A stretch of DNA of 64,000 nt. Source: Larinioides sclopetarius. Its lineage: Eukaryota. The stretch covers positions 2,375,739-2,439,738 of the forward strand of contig CAXIEN010000093.1 of assembly GCA_964023285.1 (NCBI GenBank), written 5' to 3'. Positions 38,288 to 52,109 of this stretch are shown here, piece after piece; the first letter of the stretch is position 1, and each line of letters starts with the position of its first letter. The notes under the pieces are model-generated. The model was not told where the DNA came from, searched no databases, and saw only the letters and a list, made by a program, of their open reading frames with translations. The position numbers and the translations under genes were made by a program.

Positions 38288-40387
38288 TTTCCTAACAAAA
38301 CGTTTTTGAGGAAAGGAGCGATGGACTGATAAGAGTTGACATTGTTCATTCAAGATCGAAAATTTAGAAAAAGTTTTCATGGTAAAATTCGTTATGGTTT
38401 ATAAATATAAGTTGATTAGTTATGACCTTATTCATCCTTTTTAACTAAATAAGTTCTTTTTATTAAATGTAAGTAAAAAAAAGAGTTTATTAAAAACAAT
38501 TTAGACGTTTTTCCTATTTAATATAAAATCTAAATGTTCGGACACTGTTATGTCCAACTCATCGCGATGGGCACAAAAGCCGAAAGAAATAACTATTTTT
38601 TAAATTTTTTATGTTATCAAGTGAGAAATATTTCTGTTTGGACAAAAATGAAAAAGATATAGGGAAGCAAAGGAATTTTGATTTCTTAATCTATTTTATG
38701 TAGAACACATGTAATGTTATTTAATCTGACACTATTACTATCCATAAACTAATATTTTTCAAATCAAATTTTTTTATAATTTTATGGAATTTAACAAAGA
38801 TAAAATATGCTGAATATCCAGGCATACCCCGACAATCATAGTTAAGATTAAATATATTGAATATCCAGGGATACTTATAAATAAAATTTATAATTTAAAT
38901 TGCAGTTCGTCGATATCAGCTTTCTTTGAAACGAGATAGATCAAGACTATTTTCGCTTTTTCTTACCCCTTAATTACCATCATGACCGTATCTTCATTGT
39001 AAAAAGAGAAAAGAAAGTTCCAGGGCAGTCATTTTAGTCTTTCAGGAGAAATTTTAAAAAATGTGAAAATCCGAAGGTTTCCAGTAGGGTTGTTACGCTT
39101 AACATGTTTAAAACACAGCATATAAAACATTGTTTAAAACACCTTTATTATTTTGTAAATATTTCTTCCAACAACAGTAATGTAGCACTACAATACTACA
39201 TTACTGTTTGTTTTTAAAAAATGAAAAAAAAAATTATTCCCCTCCCCCTTTTTTATTAAAAGTATAATTTGACTTTATTTTAAAATATTCATATCCAAAA
39301 ATAACAATCAATTTTCATTGCTATTTTGCTTAATATTTTCTTTCAATAACTTATTTTAATTCTTTTAATAAATAATTTATTTTAATAATTATCTTGATGC
39401 AATTACATGCTGCTGGTTTACGAAAAATGTTTTCTAGTTTCAGCTTTGTACAAAACAAAACTAGAAATCGGTTAGGTGTTGATAAGGCTGAAAGACTTGT
39501 AACTGTTCTTAAATCACTTAATAATGAAATGTGTTTGTATTTTGTATGCAATAAATGGCTAATTATTAATTAAAATTAAGCATTTATTATTTAGATTTTT
39601 TCCTGTTTTTAAAAAAAAATAAAATAAAGAAAGTGTTTTTATTTATTTTCGCGTACTTTAATCGAAATTGTGTTGTTCATGGGAGAGAAAAAAAACCGTT
39701 TAAAAAAAGTTTTTTGTTTTTTACCAACCCTGGTACCAGATACTTTTGATCAGAGGATAAAGCATAGAATTAAAAGCCTTAGTTAAAATATGTTATACTT
39801 TGTATCATCTTCACAGTTTTTTAAAAGGGGGCCTCAAAATAATTGCGCCTTGTGTTTAATCTTTTCAAAACCCGCCACATGCTGATTGTGTAATAAAACT
39901 GAACTGTAATCTCAAAAAAGTAAAAACCGCGAAATGGGAAGAAGGGTGGGAGGAGTCATTCTGAGAAAATCAGGTCCGGAATATACGTTTTGGAATCGGG
40001 AGGGGAGGCGTCACAGCTTAGGGGTTAAGATACTAGCTTCAGATAGGGTTACCTGACGTATGGCTATCTACATTGGTGACTGCTGCTTGATAATATTTTC
40101 ACCCTTATGGCGAGATGTTGGAAAATAAAAGGATTTTTTTTCCTCTTTGACATATGTACGGGTTTTTAATTTTTATCATTTTTCCAAAGCTTAAGTTTGG
40201 GGAGGATCGCTAATATTTGGAAATATACGGTATTTAGAAAGGGAAAAGAGACTGAAACTAAGAGCTCTAGTGAAAGAAATAGATTTCTTAAAACAAAATA
40301 AAATGTTCCTCCAAAATAACACATAAGCCAAAGAAAATGAAGAAGCAAGGGATTGACCTAATGAGGTTGAAAATTCAAAGAACATTG

Positions 40388-41430
40388 ATTTTTACTTTCT
40401 TCTATAAGAAGAAAGTATTGGAATCGCGAAAATATTCGACCTTCGTTTTTTGATGGATTTACACGTTTTTTTTACGGGGGGGGGTTCTGAACACGATTAA
40501 CCCTTTATGAACAACAATTTTTTTACCCAGTGAAAAAATTTTTTCCTTCCAAATCTCAATCAAGGGAGACCATAGGAAGCACACCTACCAATTTTTTAAA
40601 CTTTTTTGAAAAATTGATAAAAATGTACCAAATTCGGTACATTGGGCACACTTGGTGGCAACACTTACAGAACTGCTGACAGATACGAATGGGCCGAAAA
40701 CGTCACAATGGGCTATTGTGGAAAAACTCACTTAGCTACTGAAGCAAAATGATTCTGGAGGTATGTGCCGAATTCGGCACACCTGACGTTAAAGGGTTAA
40801 ACTATTTTTAGAAAATGTCTGTGTGCTGTGTGTAACACAAATATTGTGGCGCGCCAGCGCAAAAACTACTGGACAGAATTTCATGAAATTTCATAGTCAG
40901 TATTTTAATATAAATTGGTGCTGCTTAGATTTTGGCTTGAATCGCTCAACAGGTGGCGCTGCTATTCCGTTTTTTCACGATTTTTTGTATCCACTCTATC
41001 AAAAACTAATGGGAGACATTTCATGAAATTTATATTTAGTTTTGTCTTGACTTTAATCAATGTTCATAACACTTTTGTGCAGATCGCTTAACAGGTGTTC
41101 TGTGATTTCAATTTCAAATTTCTCATTTTTTTTCATAATTTTTTTCAATATTTGTTTTTAGTATATCTCCTTTTCGATGTTTTGAAAGTGCATAAAATGT
41201 AATACAAGAGGTGTACACTATATAAAGTTACTTTGATTCAATATGCATACATGTTAAAAGCATTTCTTTGATAAAACATAGTTTTAACGTCGCTGAAAAT
41301 ATAATAAATTTTATGCAGTTTATTAATGATTTTTGTTTTGAATAAAAATAAGCATTATTAATACGGATTCTAATGCATCTCAATTATATAGAAGAAAGTT
41401 TTGTGATGGTCACATCATACTAGTTTTCAT
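40388..41430 (+). mobile_element. Family-1 repeat, copy d. It is interrupted by the TTAA-MITE (40501..40796) and by a 215-bp insertion of unknown type (about 41171..41385).
   Basis: The family-1 5' hairpin is at 40388. The family-1 sequence is broken at gaacacgatt|...|actatttttagaaaatg and resumes after the MITE. The 3' end aattatatagaagaaagttttgtgatggtcacatcatactag is at 41385..41430. Confidence 0.7.
40501..40796 (+). mobile_element. TTAA-flanked MITE (piggyBac-type), copy 1, nested inside family-1 copy d.
   Basis: TTAA lies on both sides (40497..40500 and 40797..40800). The ends are CCCTTTATGAACAACAATTTTTTTACCC...GTTAAAGGG. Internal palindromes are gtgccgaattcggcac and taccgaattcggta. Confidence 0.65.
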
Positions 41431-41867
41431 TGTTGTTTATTTATTCGCATGAACTAAGGAAGCTAATTACTAATAAATACCTTGGATGTAAAAGATTTTT
41501 TCATCAATTTATTTATTCATATTTTTAAAAATTTTTGTTGTGTTAAATTTTTGATAACTTCTATGTTTTATAGTATACTTTTCTAATAACTGAATTTAAA
41601 AGAATAATATGCTTTATTTAAAAATGCGTGCAACAATTTGTTATTTTATTCAATTTAGAGGTCCTTATTTTTGGATATTTTAGTCCTTGAAAGTATTTGA
41701 TTTTTTCTTACCCTCCCTCCTAGAATTAAAATTGTATTTTAACCTATGTATGTTACTCTTTTTTTTAAGCTCTTGTTATTTGCAGTCTCTTAGATCTTCT
41801 TTAATTCTAGTAATTCCGACCATAATGAAAATTTAATATTATAATAGGCGAAGAGAAAACTTTGTAC

Positions 41868-41915
41868 CCTTTTTGCAATTCCAATACTTTCTTCTTATAG
41901 AAGAAAGTAAAAATT
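41868..41915. repeat. Solo family-1 terminal hairpin (ccaatactttcttcttatagaagaaagta..ttgg).
   Basis: A palindromic copy of the family-1 5' terminus with no element body attached. Confidence 0.4.
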
Positions 41916-42744
41916 GGAATGTTATTGAGTCAGCCTGTTTTTTACACATGATCAATTGTATGTCGCAGCAAGTAGAATTTAATCATTCGATGATTCGAGA
42001 TTTTTATATTTTCGAATTACAACGGTGAAAGGCATTTAGCAAACTGAAAGAGCTTTTACAATAAACATCGTCTACACAGAAGTTTTGAATCATTAAATTC
42101 ATTTTCAAACTATTTTATGTTCCCCTTTTTTGTTTCAATAAAAAATATATATAAAAGAATACGAAGCTCACACACATATTCTTTATTTCATTTTTGGTAT
42201 TAATTTATTTAAATTTTATGTAAATTGAAGAATATAGGTAAATTAACCGTGCAGCCTTGATGAAACCTCCCAGTATAGCAACAAGAAGAATCCAAGAAAA
42301 TGGCATAAAACGTGTTATTGTTTTTTAAATATGGCTTATTCCAATCTATACTTTATTTTTCCTATCTTTTGTATTTTTCAAATAACTCGTACAAGCTTTC
42401 TGCTGACGTATTAGAGCAAAATAAAAAAATATATGTATGCTATGATTGTAGAGGTATACTTCTCTATAACCTCAATAACGTTCAAATATTTTAAATAGTA
42501 CCACTACAACGACACTACGTGCTTTAGTAGAGCATGTAAAGTTCTTTTCTGATTAACAATCAAAAGGAATATACCTTTGCCTTCTGGCTTGCCAACGGGA
42601 ATTTTTTGTTCTTTATTGTTATTAAAAATATTGTGTGTTGCTTGTTTTTCATTCTCAAAATAATGTTGTGTATATATAGTATTGTTTATTTACTTTTGAA
42701 AAGGGTAAAATGAATACTGTTAAATAATTTGGACAGTTTGAAGC

Positions 42745-44982
42745 CAGTGGCGTAGCCAGGGGGGGTGCTCGAGCACCCCCTAAGATCTTTAGCGGCGCCC
42801 CTTAAGCACCGCAACATCCCCGTAACTTATTCCTTCCAATTCTGTAAAATATTTAAAAAAAAAAACGTTTTTCGCTTCAACTGTTCATTTATTGTTATTT
42901 TTGCTCCCAAGAGTTTTTTAGCTTTGTATATTTTATAAATACTATATATAAATAAATATTTTTGAATTTGAATCGCATATATCTTTCAAATATATAACTT
43001 TCAGAATGTTCATAAAATAAAATTTTATTCGTATTGTAAGAGAAAAGAACAGGCACACAGTGTATATTTACTATCAGTAAAAAAAGTTGGAAAAAAAACT
43101 TTGATAAAAAATATCCTTCTTCAGAATATAAAAAATAAATGAAACACATGGAAACGCTCAAACCGGAAATGAATTTGTATCATTCAAAAAGAATGTAAAA
43201 ATAAAAATAAAAACCCAGATCATGAGGAATATTCAATGAACTGTTCTGTACTATGTTGCTTCTTCTCTTAAAAATCGTAGAAAAATTTGATCGAAGATAT
43301 AGCTAATATGTTTCTTCGGATCTTAAGTTATTCAAGGTACGTATTCTTTCCACTAGAATCATGTGATGTTATTTAACACACGTTCACTTTTATTCCATTT
43401 TTTAAAAAAATTTCAACACTTTTCCATTTTATTTTTAACTTGAGTCTTTGTTTTTTAAAAATAATGATCTATCTGCGTAGCCTTATTTTCAGTTTGATTT
43501 TACCCTCTATGCGAGTTATAAACTAAACTTCCTTTTTAAAAAAATTTACTGAGATCTGTTGTAACTATCTCTAGAACATTCTAAATGTGAAAAATCAACA
43601 AATAGTTATTCTTAATAATCCCCTTTTTAGAGAAGGTTTGTTCTTAAAGGTATACAAGTATGCAGCTATTTAATTCTTGGAATGGATAGCATGGAAGAAA
43701 AAGAGGATTCATTACGTTTCAATACTGATTTTTTTCAAAGCTTGTTCTTAGTTTTTTTACGTGAATATCAAATATATATGTTTTCAATTAATTTTTGAAG
43801 TATTAATATTGTAACATATAAATATAGTGTCGATATTTCTACTTGCATCAACAAATATTTAATTGAATTATAATGTAAATAGATTAGCGTAATGACATTT
43901 AGAATCTTTTGTAACGATAAGAAACATTACATGTTTTTTTATCAAAATAAATTTACATCAGAAAAATTTAAGTTAATTATTGTGTGTTAAAACAATTCTT
44001 ATCAATGGTTTTAATCAAACTTTTTTAACAATATTTATGTTTCTGACTTCATACAATTTTGATTTCATTTTTTTAAAAAAAGAAATGAATAAACTTTAGA
44101 GAAATTAATTAAAATTTGATAAGAAAAATTTAGTTTGGTTACAATTTATTGAAATCATTAATTAAAAAAAACAGAACTTTAAACAAATCTTTCTTAAAAA
44201 ATATATAATTTTCATTGTAATAGAGTTTTTAACCTCCCAGAGGGCGCTTACGCAAATTTTACGAAATATTGTTAACGTAGTACTTAATATATCATGTTAT
44301 TTTACGAAAGTAGATGCACCTTTTATTTGATAAATTGTCTGTATTTATTAGCTTAATAATAAACGACGATTTTATATATAAAAGTTTTTAATTAAATGTA
44401 TAAAATAACATTATAAATATGCAATCCTATGCGCAATTCAAGTATCTTTGTCTAACACTTGCCCGCGGGAGGTATAAAAACGATTAGCGTTAACGCTTTT
44501 CCTTCGCGGGGGCATAAAAGTTTTATTTGCAAGAAAGCAATTGCATATTTTCTTCATTTCATAGGGAAAAAATAGAACAAGAAGTAAATTCAAGAAAATC
44601 AAGCCAAATAAAGAAAAGAGAAAGCTCATATGCAATATATAGTAGATATCGAATAGTGATTTGTTTATCAGAGGTTAAAGAGAATATGAATAAATTTGTA
44701 AAGAAAAAAAATGACTACAGACTATTAAGTAATAATGTTTTACTAAATATTTCATTTTGTAATTATGTTATTATTAAAAGATAGCATTGAGTTAATATCG
44801 AAATGTTAAATAAAACCAATAAATAACAAAATGTTAAATGAAATTGTAGGTTTATTATAATATTTAAGCATAATTTTTTTAGGAAATGGACAAATTTTTA
44901 AATGATTCATTTCCTTTTACTTGATCCCGCCATCATCCTTTTCTTGTGCACCCCCCTTCAAAAATTTCTGGCTACGCCCCTG
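42745..44982. mobile_element. Non-autonomous hAT-superfamily element (2.24 kb) with an 8-bp TSD, TTTGAAGC.
   Basis: The TIR is CAGTGGCGTAGCCAG at the 5' end and CTGGCTACGCCCCTG at the 3' end. An identical 8-bp direct repeat tttgaagc abuts both ends (42737..42744 and 44983..44990). The interior is AT-rich and has no transposase ORF. Confidence 0.7.
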
Positions 44983-47900
44983 TTTGAAGCATTAGATTGA
45001 GGAAATCTAAATTTTAAAAAAAAATGCATTTAGATGCATTTTGTTGCATATATAAGTATGAATGACTTCATTGTTTTCTTGAATTCACTAAATTTTGTAC
45101 ATGGAGATTGCATCCTCGCAAATGTTTTCTCATTTGATTTAGTAATTCAATCTAACTTTATCCGTCCCTAATTCATAAAACATTTACAAATCAGACCTCA
45201 CTCATCATTGATTTTCTGATCGAATCATCAGTGTGATTGCCACTGAAGAAAGGTCCATATCTAAGTTGGGCTGAAACACTCAAAAACGTGTGTTCTTGAA
45301 GACAGTATTCTATGTACAATTTTTACTGCACAGCTGTGACGTTTTTCATTCGATTAATTGAAATTAATTGATGTAGGTAAAAAGAAAAACACACTTATCA
45401 TCTGTTAGACACTTGATTTGCACTAATCAGTCTCTAAAACAAAAAGTAACTTGTGAATATTTTATATATTTTTTGCATAATGTTACCTTTTTAATATCAT
45501 CAATCTGCATAGAAAATTGAGAATATTCAGATTTGTAGTCTAAATTAATAGCAAGTATATTACTGAATAAATAAATTTATATTGAATTGGGTTCTTTTTC
45601 AATTATAAATATGACTAATGCATTTCTATATAATCTTGATTATACAGAAATAGTTGTTTTCAAACTTGTCATTTCCAAATTGTCTTTTTTTCTTTTTTGA
45701 GTTAGCATTTATAACCTAATGTAAAGGAGAAACCAATAGCAATATAAATAATCAGAATGATTGAAATGAATTTTACTGACTTCAGAGAGAAATTGTGCTA
45801 ACACAAGAAATTTGTTTTAAAATTAATTTTAGCGTGGGAATTATATTTATATATGACAACAGAATGGTTTTAAGGACAGTTATCTTCCTTTTTATTGTGA
45901 ATTTTTTCACTTTTAAAATTCCATTCTGAGACATAAGTTTCTTTTATGAAATCACATTTTTATAATGCATTTTTTCCAATTTCTGCTATGAGCAAGTTTC
46001 AAACTTTTATTATGAACGAATCGTATCATAATTCTGTTATCTCTAGAATATTTGTTTATGTATTTTATCTTTGTATTATAATATTTATACTTTCTTCCTG
46101 ATTTATGGTAGTAAGGAGTATTAATTTTATTCATTCTGCTTTTATTCAATCTGTGGGTGCATGTGGGGAAAAGAAAGAGAGAGAAGCTTGACAAGTTACA
46201 GAAAAATTATAAGATTCTTGCCTAGAAAGTCTTCATTTACTTTGATTGGGAAGAGTGCAAAATATTAATGAAAAAGTCATTACTTTTGTATAAAATTTCT
46301 AACATTAGAAAAGATGTATAAATATGTCACAAAATACTCACATTAAGATAGATTATTGTACCCATAGCTACAATGTGATTTGGAAAATGAAAGTGTATTC
46401 TTTGGAAAACGTTTATAAAAGTTTCGTTAGATTTTTACTAATTAATAGTGAAGATGAATCTTGACATTTTTGCTTGTAGTTTCATCCATAGCTTCCCAAT
46501 GAAATGCCATTCAAATATTGTTTCTAGATTCAAGCATTTCTTTCAATGTTATATGAATGCCTTGTTTGATTTTTTGTCCTAATTTTTCTTATATTTTTTA
46601 AATATTCAAACAAAGGTTTGTTTTTGAGTAAAGATGACCCAGAAGTTAAGAGATACTTTAAAACTTATTAATATGCAAGTAGGGGAAAAAATCCAGACGT
46701 AGTTTTGCAAAAATGGCGGAAATGAAATTGGAATTTTTTCATTGCAAATCCGTAATACATTCATAATATATTTCGTAATTTAAATACTGATGGTTTGATA
46801 GAGCATAATCAATATAAATGTGTTTTGATGCTATGCTTAAGTGTTATCGTTTTTGATAGCTGAAGCTCCAAAATGGATGAGGGCACATTAATTGATTCTT
46901 AGTCCTTATTCCGATCAATATCTTATACTATTTAACCCATTGCCATCAATAACTTCAGATCTATCTTGTAAAGTATACTTACAGATGGATCTGCAGTTTT
47001 TGATCGGTGGCATAGCTAGTATAAATGGTGCTTGAGGCTTAATAAGATTTGTTCTCTCTGTCCCTTCATCATAATTTAAGAAGTGATACTAAATACATAT
47101 TTTGTCTCCACAGTGCCATTAAGACTGGCCCCAAGAGAGCACCTGTTCCATCTTCACTCTCACCCCCCAATCACTATGTTACCAATAAATTTTGGTTAGT
47201 AAAAAAAAGTCATATTTTTATAACTTCTGTGCAAAAAGCATTTCTTTCTCTCTCTCTCTTTTTTCATTTGTGGATTATTGATTTTGAAATTGTTCCTCTT
47301 TTTAGAATCATGGTGTATATTTCGTAGAAATGTTCTCCATTGTTATAATGAAAACTAGGGTAATTTTCATTGTTTTATAGGTTTCTTTTATATTTCTATC
47401 CCTCGTCTCCTGTTAAAGTTTAAGTATAAACTTTTGTTGATTTTTTTAAATTATGCTTTAAAGCAATGTATCTTTTTTCTTCCTTTATATATGTTATAGC
47501 TTCAGTAAAAGTATGAAACGACTCTTGTCACTTTTGGACGTCTAAGCTTGATATGAAAACTTGTAACATTGCAGATTTCAAAAAAATTATCGAGCCCATT
47601 TCCAAATTTTAGCTAGTTTTGTATTTTTTCAATAATTAAAAAAAATTTCTCTAAAAAATGTGATTACCTTTTCTTTTTAATATATTTTCTTTTAGTATTT
47701 TCAAAAAAAGAAAAAAATCATAAATACTAAAAGTGAAATTGGTCAGGTTTGTGTGGGAAATTTGGGTGGGGTTGAAAAATTCTGCAAAGTGTCAAGCTCT
47801 TGTCCAAGAAGTTCAAAATTCACACCTCAATGGGATTACAACTAATAAAATCATGGCTGGTTGATTAAATAATTTAGTAAGTTTAATTTTAGAGTAGATT

Positions 47901-49289
47901 GTGAGTTTTAGAAGCTGTTTCTCATCTCAAAAAAGACAACCGACTATATTAAGGTCAAGCATGCTTGTCACCAAATGGTAGTTTGTCATACAATAGTTCT
48001 TTAAATGTTTATATTTGATGTTTTAACATATAAAAATTCAAAATGGAAAATATTTTGGATTATAACAAAATAAATTATTAATTATTAGTTGTATTGGGAA
48101 TCACAATATACACATGAATAAATTTTAACTCTTTCTCAGCTTTTAGCATTGTTAATAATAATAAAAAATTTTAAATTTACAAATAAAGTTTTTGAAGTAT
48201 ACATATAAGATTTGAAAGAGATTAATTGTTCTTTTTATTGCTTGAACTATTTATTAAATATTCCATCATTCACTATAGTTTGTTTGTGATGCATTACATA
48301 TTTGTAATAAATCGCAACTTTGTTTGAATCTAACAAATATAAGTTCTGACCGATTCTCTAGATTTTATTATTGTTAACACATGTGCAAGAATCATGTTGC
48401 TGATGTTTATTATTATCTCAACAGGAGGTAGATTAATATATTGCAAACTATTCTGCGTGCATTATATTAGTGCTGAAGAGTTTTTGAAAATGATATTATC
48501 CATGGTAGATCAATGATTCAAGCTTGAATTTTGCCGCAAGATCATTTAAAAACTGTTTTATTCTGCTAGTTTCAAATGTAATTGACAAAATTTAAAATTA
48601 CTAGTAAGATTTCACTTATAATACATAGTTTATTTCCATTTAAAATTAATTATATAATGCAAAGTTTATGTCATCTACAATAATTTGATGTGCTCTGTGT
48701 ACCTCAAGTTATAAAAAAAGGTAAATATTAATTTAGTTTTAACATTTACTTTGTAGAATTTTAATCATACAAATTGTGAATCTAACTTCACCAAAAATGT
48801 TCGTGATAATTATACTTGCATATGATAATTGTGCAGATGGAAGTTAAAAAACAAATAATTCCTTCTTATTATCTTTTAGAACATCCTTATAATTATAGTT
48901 TTCTCTCCTTCTCAGTAACTTTTCAACTATACCAAAAGGCAAAAGTATAAACAGGATGTGTTATATATATATAAACTAATTTGGTGTGACCATCTAAAAT
49001 TTTTTATATAATTGAGATGCTTTCGAGTCTATAGATAACACTGATTTTTATCCAAAACATAAAACATTATTAAACTGCATCAGACTTTTTTCTTATATTT
49101 TAAGCAATGCTGTTGCTATGCTTTATGATAGCAACAGAGAAATGCTTATAGCAAAAATTGTGGAAATGTATAGCAGAGCCCCCTGTTAAGATACACGCAT
49201 GCAAACTGAATCAAAATAACTTCGTATACTTTACATCTTATGAATTAAATGTTATGCAATTTCAAAGCATAGAAACCGAGATATACTAA

Positions 49290-49757
49290 TCACAAAAGCT
49301 GCAACGGAATAGCAACGCCACCTGTTGAGTGATTTACGACAAACTCTCATTAATCAGCATTAGTTATTGCTAAGGTAAAACTAAATGTAAAATTTCATGA
49401 AGTTCTGCCCAGTAGTTTTTCGTCTAGAGTGGTCACAAAATTTCACAAAAATTGTGGGAGAAACAAAATATAAAAAGCGGAATAGCAACGCCACCTCTCC
49501 AGCTATCTCCATCAAAATCTAATCAGTATTAAGTTATGTTAAGGTGCAAGCAAATATAAAATTTCATGAAATTCCGTCAAGTCCTTTTTGCGCTACCGCG
49601 GCCACAAGTTTTGTGACACTCACAGACATTTTCCAAAAATAGTCAAATAATGTTCAGAACTTCACAAAACGTATAAATCCATAAAAAAAAACGGAAGTCA
49701 AAAATTATCAAGATTTCCCAATATTTTCTTCTCATATATATCTTATAAGAAAGTAAA
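49290..49757 (-). mobile_element. Family-1 repeat, copy f. Reverse orientation, more diverged, and it lacks the canonical 3' tail.
   Basis: The reverse complement shows the hairpin end actttcttataagatatatatgagaag and both subrepeats (caacaggtggcgttgctattccg twice). Confidence 0.55.
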
Positions 49758-49919
49758 AATTCTCGCTTTCATATATTTTCGTGAAAGAAGTTCTTTCACA
49801 TCATTGTCTATCTTTTATTTATGACTAATAGACAAAGCTGGTCATTTATTATTTTAGAAGATTTTCTACTCTGCAGAGAGTTCTGCATCAAGGCTTTTTA
49901 AATTGTAAATACGGAAGTA

Positions 49920-49942
49920 AAAAAAAAAAAAAAAAAAAAACG
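49920..49942 (+). repeat. A22 homopolymer tract.
   Basis: Twenty-two consecutive A bases. The tract lies about 440 bp downstream of the LRR gene stop codon on the other strand. Confidence 0.9.
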
Positions 49943-50384
49943 TTTTGATTTAATCAAATTAATTTTCAATGACTTTTTATGCTACAGCTAAAGTAATTAA
50001 CACCCGAAAGACCATTTTTATTATCCAAGATTTTTATTCCAGTGCTTAGCTAAAACTTTGTTATTTAGCTCAACTTGATCAAAATGTGGGAGTTTTCATG
50101 CAGTTACATATTTTTAAACATTACAAAACCACAGCAAGCTTATATTAAATAACATTGATTTTTATTATTTCCAGTATCTAACCATCCTTCTGAACTTAAA
50201 ATTTTCTGTCATTTTTTGACGAATTTTCGAAATTGATATGAATATCAAGCATTATAAATAAGTTTGTGACTTACATTGGTATAAAATCCCTATATTGTTA
50301 TTTAGGTGCTTGATATTTAAACTTTCAGTGAATTTTCTAATTTGGTTTGTGATAAGCAGTTACTGAGGAGAGAAGATACAATTT

Positions 50385-50708
50385 TTATGCAATAATCACA
50401 ATATTATAAAATAATATGAATGCGGTGCTCAAGAAGAAATGGAGTAATATCCCAAATGATGCTTTTGCAGATGTACCACTTGAGAAGCAATCGAGATCTG
50501 TTTTAAATACTGTTATAATTGATCTATTGTTCATATTAACACATATAGCTTCACGTAAGTCATGTAGATAAGTTTCTTCGCATATCATTTCTTCACACCG
50601 AGTTTCATATTCATATTCTTTTATCCATTCCCATATCCAAGAAAGTTCACAGTTACAATTTAGTTGATTTCCAGTTAGCTTCAAATGCTTGAGGTGCTTT
50701 TCTGGTAC
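50385..50708 (-). CDS. LRR protein gene, terminal exon. Encodes the LRRCT cysteine cap and a C-terminal GPI-signal-like hydrophobic tail, ending at a stop codon.
   Basis: A minus-strand acceptor tttttttttctttttacacag precedes GTACCAGAAAAG. The translation VPEKHLKHLKLTGNQLNCNCELSWIWEWIKEYEYETRCEE...C contains the NxLxCxC...W LRRCT pattern. It then reads FSSGTSAKAS plus SFGILLHFFLSTAFILFYNIVIIA and a stop, which is a small-residue omega region followed by a hydrophobic C-terminus with no cytoplasmic tail. The exon is phase 0, consistent with both candidate exon-2 donors. Confidence 0.65.
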   Translation of the reverse strand, partial: VPEKHLKHLKLTGNQLNCNCELSWIWEWIKEYEYETRCEEMICEETYLHDLREAICVNMNNRSIITVFKTDLDCFSSGTSAKASFGILLHFFLSTAFILFYNIVIIA

Positions 50709-52109
50709 CTGTGTAAAAAGAAAAAAAAATTATGAGTAGTTATAAATTTAGTAAAAACAGAGTATATCAAACTTATTGGAAGTCAACTGGCTTGTTTAAT
50801 GGCATAACATAATAAACGTGTTTAGTATAATAAACGAACAATCTGTCATATGCATGCTGTTTTCATATTTCAGAGATAAATATAACATGGCACATTTATA
50901 ATACTGTTTGGTTCTTGCATGCCTTAAGAATTGTGGAAGCCCTTTCACAACATGGCATCATGGAACTTGATTTTCACCATAATTAAGTTTATGATTAAGA
51001 GAAATCTCTGCTCAACATAAATCATGATAAAGGCTGTCTAGAACACAAAATATCCTATTAAAAGCTGTTAACTCACTAAGAGAAGATTTCCATGATATGA
51101 CTGCAGAAGGTATCGAAAGAACTACTCTTTAAAAAAAGATATTGACTTGTTGAATTTGGTAAAAATTATCTTTAGAATGCTAAGTGTGATTTAAGAGATG
51201 AGAGTTTGGCTGAAAATAAAGTTAAGCACCTAATTATAAAAATGTAAAGAAAGCTATGAATTTATCACAGCTGCTGTGTATTTCTGTATGATAATATACT
51301 ACTTAAAAAAAATTACAAACTATGCAAAAGAACTTCATAGTTTTTTAGTCCTGTTTTCAAAATTTATATACAAAAAAATAATCTGCACATTTGGGCAGGC
51401 AGTTTAAAATAAAATTTTTTAAAACAATAGGTACATAATAAAAGTGCATAATAAACGTAAAATAAGGAAATGCTGCTAAAGATACAAAAGAAAAGATATC
51501 TTGTCTAAAGAAAAATGTTTTTCTTTTAATGATTTTCAATAGTGATGACAAAGATGTCATTATTTTACCATTTTAATACACTTCTAGTTAAAATTTCTTT
51601 GATAAAGATATTTTTCTTCATTATGAAAATAACATGTGTTTAGTTATTGGATCCCCCCATTTTTTGAACTAGCTAATTGTTTGCACAATACAAATTCACA
51701 TAACATGCTATTTTTTACTATCCTCATTATCGTGATTCATGCTTAGTTATAGTTATGTAAATAATTATGTATTAATATTAAAATAAATGTCACCATCAGA
51801 TCATAGATCCTATATTAAGTTGTAAAGATAATTAAAAAATGAATATATCTTCTTGATATAGTTTTGTTTAGATTTCACGGTATAAGGAAGTATAAAATCC
51901 ATTATTACTAAGCTCATTTTTATCCCATACAAAAGAGCTCCTAGTAAGTTTTCTAACTTAATTAGCATGCTATATTTTAATGAATATATGCACGAAGCTT
52001 CAGCTGTTTTCTGAAATAATTTTTTTTCTAATATTAATTCATTGAATCGTTTATCTGTTTATTTATATTTAGAATTTTATTTACATATCGTTTGAAATAA
52101 AAAAATTAA

